64,000 nt of DNA from Balanoglossus misakiensis (lineage: Eukaryota > Animalia > Hemichordata): the NCBI GenBank assembly GCA_040954595.2, contig CM082597.2, positions 4,593,244-4,657,243 on the forward strand, in the 5' to 3' direction. Each line of letters starts with the position of its first letter. Within the stretch, counting starts at the first letter, position 1. The translations under genes were made by a program, and so were the position numbers. Under the pieces are notes generated by a model. That model did no database searches. It was not told the DNA's origin and was given only the letters and a program-made list of their open reading frames with translations. Positions 60,001 to 64,000 of the stretch are shown here, in pieces.

Positions 60001-63000
60001 AAAATGTTCAAATCGGCCGAACATCTCGAAATTCGGCAACTCGAAAATTCGCGGTTTTTCGACAAAAACCATGATGGTTAACCCATGAAAAATGTTCAAA
60101 TCGGCCGAAAATCTCGAAATTCGGCAACTCGAAAATTCGCGGTTTTTCGACAAAAACCATGATGGTTAACCCATGAAAAATGTTCAAATCGGCCGAAAAT
60201 CTCGAAATTCGGCAACTCGAAAATTCGCGGTTTTTCGACAAAAACCATGATGGTTAACCCATGAAAAATGTTCAAATCGGCCGAAAATCTCGAAATTCGG
60301 CAACTCGAAAATTCGCGGTTTTTCGACAAAAACCATGATGGTTAACCCATGAAAAATGTTCAAATCGGCCGAAAATCTCGAAATTCGGCAACTCGAAAAT
60401 TCGCGGTTTTTCGACAAAAACCATGATGGTTAACCCATGAAAAATGTTCAAATCGGCCGAAAATCGCGAAATTCGGCAACTCGAAAATTCGCGGTTTTTC
60501 GAAAAAAACCATGATGGTTAACCCATGAAAAATGTTCAAATCGGCCGAAAATCCCGAAATTCGGCAACTCGAAAATTCGTGGTTTTTCGACAAAAACCAT
60601 GATGGTTAACCCATGAAAAATGTTCAAATCGGCCGAAAATCCCGAAATTCGGCAACTCGAAAATTCGCGGTTTTTCGACAAAAACCATGATGGTTAACCC
60701 ATGAAAAATGTTCAAATCGGCCGAAAATCCCGAAATTCGGCAACTCGAAAATTCGTGGTTTTTCGACAAAAACCATGATGGTTAACCCATGAAAAATGTT
60801 CAAATCGGCCGAAAATCCCGAAATTCGGCAACTCGAAAATTCGCGGTTTTTCGAAAAAAACCATGATGGTTAACCCATGAAAAATGTTCAAATCGGCCGA
60901 AAATCTCGAAATTCGGCAACTCGAAAATTCGTGGTTTTTCGATAAAAACCATGATGGTTAACCCATGAAAAATGTTCAAATCGGCCGAAAATCGCGAAAT
61001 TCGGCAACTCGAAAATTCGCGGTTTTTCGACAAAAACCATGATGGTTAACCCATGAAAAATGTTCAAATCGGCCGAACATCTCGAAATTCGGCAACTCGA
61101 AAATTCGCGGTTTTTCGACAAAAACCATGATGGTTAACCCATGAAAAATGTTCAAATCGGCCGAAAATCTCGAAATTCGGCAACTCGAAAATTCGCGGTT
61201 TTTCGACAAAAACCATGATGGTTAACCCATGAAAAATGTTCAAATCGGCCGAAAATCTCGAAATTCGGCAACTCGAAAATTCGCGGTTTTTCGACAAAAA
61301 CCATGATGGTTAACCCATGAAAAATGTTCAAATCGGCCGAAAATCTCGAAATTCGGCAACTCGAAAATTCGCGGTTTTTCGACAAAAACCATGATGGTTA
61401 ACCCATGAAAAATGTTCAAATCGGCCGAAAATCCCGAAATTCGGCAACTCGAAAATTCGTGGTTTTTCGACAAAAACCATGATGGTTAACCCATGAAAAA
61501 TGTTCAAATCGGCCGAAAATCCCGAAATTCGGCAACTCGAAAATTCGTGGTTTTTCGACAAAAACCATGATGGTTAACCCATGAAAAATGTTCAAATCGG
61601 CCGAAAATCCCGAAATTCGGCAACTCGAAAATTCGCGGTTTTTCGACAAAAACCATGATGGTTAACCCATGAAAAATGTTCAAATCGGCCGAAAATCCCG
61701 AAATTCGGCAACTCGAAAATTCGTGGTTTTTCGACAAAAACCATGATGGTTAACCCATGAAAAATGTTCAAATCGGCCGAAAATCTCGAAATTCGGCAAC
61801 TCGAAAATTCGCGGTTTTTCGACAAAAACCATGATGGTTAACCCATGAAAAATGTTCAAATCGGCCGAAAATCGCGAAATTCGGCAACTCGAAAATTCGC
61901 GGTTTTTCGACAAAAACCATGATGGTTAACCCATGAAAAATGTTCAAATCGGCCGAAAATCCCGAAATTCGGCAACTCGAAAAATTCGCGGTTTTTCGAC
62001 AAAAACCATGATGGTTAACCCATGAAAAATGTTCAAATCGGCCGAAAATCCCGAAATTCGGCAACTCGAAAATTCGTGGTTTTTCGACAAAAACCATGAT
62101 GGTTAACCCATGAAAAATGTTCAAATCGGCCGAAAATCCCGAAATTCGGCAACTCAAAAATTCGTGGTTTTTCGACAAAAACCATGATGGTTAACCCATG
62201 AAAAATGTTCAAATCGGCCGAAAATCCCGAAATTCGGCAACTCGAAAATTCGCGGTTTTTCGACAAAAACCATGATGGTTAACCCATGAAAAATGTTCAA
62301 ATCGGCCGAAAATCGCGAAATTCGGCAACTCGAAAATTCGCGGTTTTTCGACAAAAACCATGATGGTTAACCCATGAAAAATGTTCAAATCGGCCGAAAA
62401 TCGCGAAATTCGGCAACTCGAAAATTCGCGGTTTTTCGACAAAAACCATGATGGTTAACCCATGAAAAATGTTCAAATCGGCCGAAAATCCCGAAATTCG
62501 GCAACTCGAAAATTCGTGGTTTTTCGACAAAAACCATGATGGTTAACCCATGAAAAATGTTCAAATCGGCCGAAAATCGCGAAATTCGGCAACTCGAAAA
62601 TTCGCGGTTTTTCGACAAAAACCATGATGGTTAACCCATGAAAAATGTTCAAATCGGCCGAAAATCGCGAAATTCGGCAACTCGAAAATTCGCGGTTTTT
62701 CGAAAAAAACCATGATGGTTAACCCATGAAAAATGTTCAAATCGGCCGAAAATCCCGAAATTCGGCCACTCGAAAATTCGTGGTTTTTCGACAAAAACCA
62801 TGATGGTTAACCCATGAAAAATGTTCAAATCGGCCGAAAATCCCGAAATTCGGCAACTCGAAAATTCGCGGTTTTTCGACAAAAACCATGATGGTTAACC
62901 CATGAAAAATGTTCAAATCGGCCGAAAATCGCGAAATTCGGCAACTCGAAAATTCGTGGTTTTTCGACAAAAACCATGATGGTTAACCCATGAAAAATGT

Positions 63001-64000
63001 TCAAATCGGCCGAAAATCCCGAAATTCGGCAACTCGAAAATTCGTGGTTTTTCGACAAAAACCATGATGGTTAACCCATGAAAAATGTTCAAATCGGCCG
63101 AAAATCGCGAAATTCGGCAACTCGAAAATTCGCGGTTTTTCGACAAAAACCATGATGGTTAACCCATGAAAAATGTTCAAATCGGCCGAAAATCCCGAAA
63201 TTCGGCAACTCGAAAATTCGTGGTTTTTCGACAAAAACCATGATGGTTAACCCATGAAAAATGTTCAAATCGGCCGAAAATCCCGAAATTCGGCAACTCG
63301 AAAATTCGCGGTTTTTCGAAAAAAACCATGATGGTTAACCCATGAAAAATGTTCAAATCGGCCGAAAATCTCGAAATTCGGCAACTCGAAAATTCGCGGT
63401 TTTTCGACAAAAACCATGATGGTTAACCCATGAAAAATGTTCAAATCGGCCGAAAATCCCGAAATTCGGCAACTCGAAAATTCGCGGTTTTTCGACAAAA
63501 ACCATGATGGTTAACCCATGAAAAATGTTCAAATCGGCCGAAAATCGCGAAATTCGGCAACTCGAAAATTCGCGGTTTTTCGACAAAAACCATGATGGTT
63601 AACCCATGAAAAATGTTCAAATCGGCCGAACATCTCGAAATTCGGCAACTCGAAAATTCGCGGTTTTTCGACAAAAACCATGATGGTTAACCCATGAAAA
63701 ATGTTCAAATCGGCCGAAAATCTCGAAATTCGGCAACTCGAAAATTCGCGGTTTTTCGACAAAAACCATGATGGTTAACCCATGAAAAATGTTCAAATCG
63801 GCCGAAAATCTCGAAATTCGGCAACTCGAAAATTCGCGGTTTTTCGACAAAAACCATGATGGTTAACCCATGAAAAATGTTCAAATCGGCCGAAAATCTC
63901 GAAATTCGGCAACTCGAAAATTCGCGGTTTTTCGACAAAAACCATGATGGTTAACCCATGAAAAATGTTCAAATCGGCCGAAAATCTCGAAATTCGGCAA
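57085..64000. repeat. 88-bp satellite array (about 6 diverged edge monomers, then about 73 homogeneous monomers; runs off the window)
   Basis: Monomer AACCATGATGGTTAACCCATGAAAAATGTTCAAATCGGCCGAAAATC(C/G/T)CGAAATTCGGCAACTCGAAAATTCG(C/T)GGTTTTTCGACAAA with an exact 88-bp period. Confidence 0.98.

Noticed and set aside
57562-63938. Dozens of 77-aa MSKNREFSSCR... ORFs
   Set aside because: They are frame-rotating translations of the 88-bp satellite with no protein features.
57085-64000. CRISPR-like regular repeat
   Set aside because: There are no unique spacers and no cas genes, and the context is a eukaryotic intron-rich locus.
57600-64000. CENP-B box in the satellite
   Set aside because: The best match I found (minus strand TTCGGGATTTTCGGC) misses 2 of the 9 core positions of TTCGNNNNANNCGGG.

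Overview
Intron-rich animal genomic DNA. An invertebrate source, possibly a deuterostome, is inferred from vertebrate-like gene structures and the repeat types. Bases 1-50,600 hold five spliced genes that I reconstructed exon by exon with consistent reading frames: the 3' part of an Rh-family ammonium transporter (+), NAA50 (-) head-to-head with ATP6V1A (+), and PAXX (-) head-to-head with CFAP44/WDR52 (+). There are two U12-type introns, one GC-AG intron, candidate microexons with downstream UGCAUG clusters, several MITE families, and a 1.19-kb three-way-junction foldback element with an 8-bp TSD in NAA50 intron 1. About 1 kb after the CFAP44 stop the window switches to repeats. In order these are an inverted satellite remnant, a truncated L2-like LINE, about 8 copies of a ~540-bp unit, and an 88-bp satellite running to the window end. 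Each ~540-bp unit carries strong palindromes and a tRNA-like A-box/B-box/oligo-T module. The satellite has CpG-decayed edge monomers and a 41-monomer (3,609-bp) higher-order period. The main hypothesis is a B-box array acting as a barrier between a gene cluster and a centromere-like satellite. Coordinates were read by eye and may be off by a base or two; no database searches were run.
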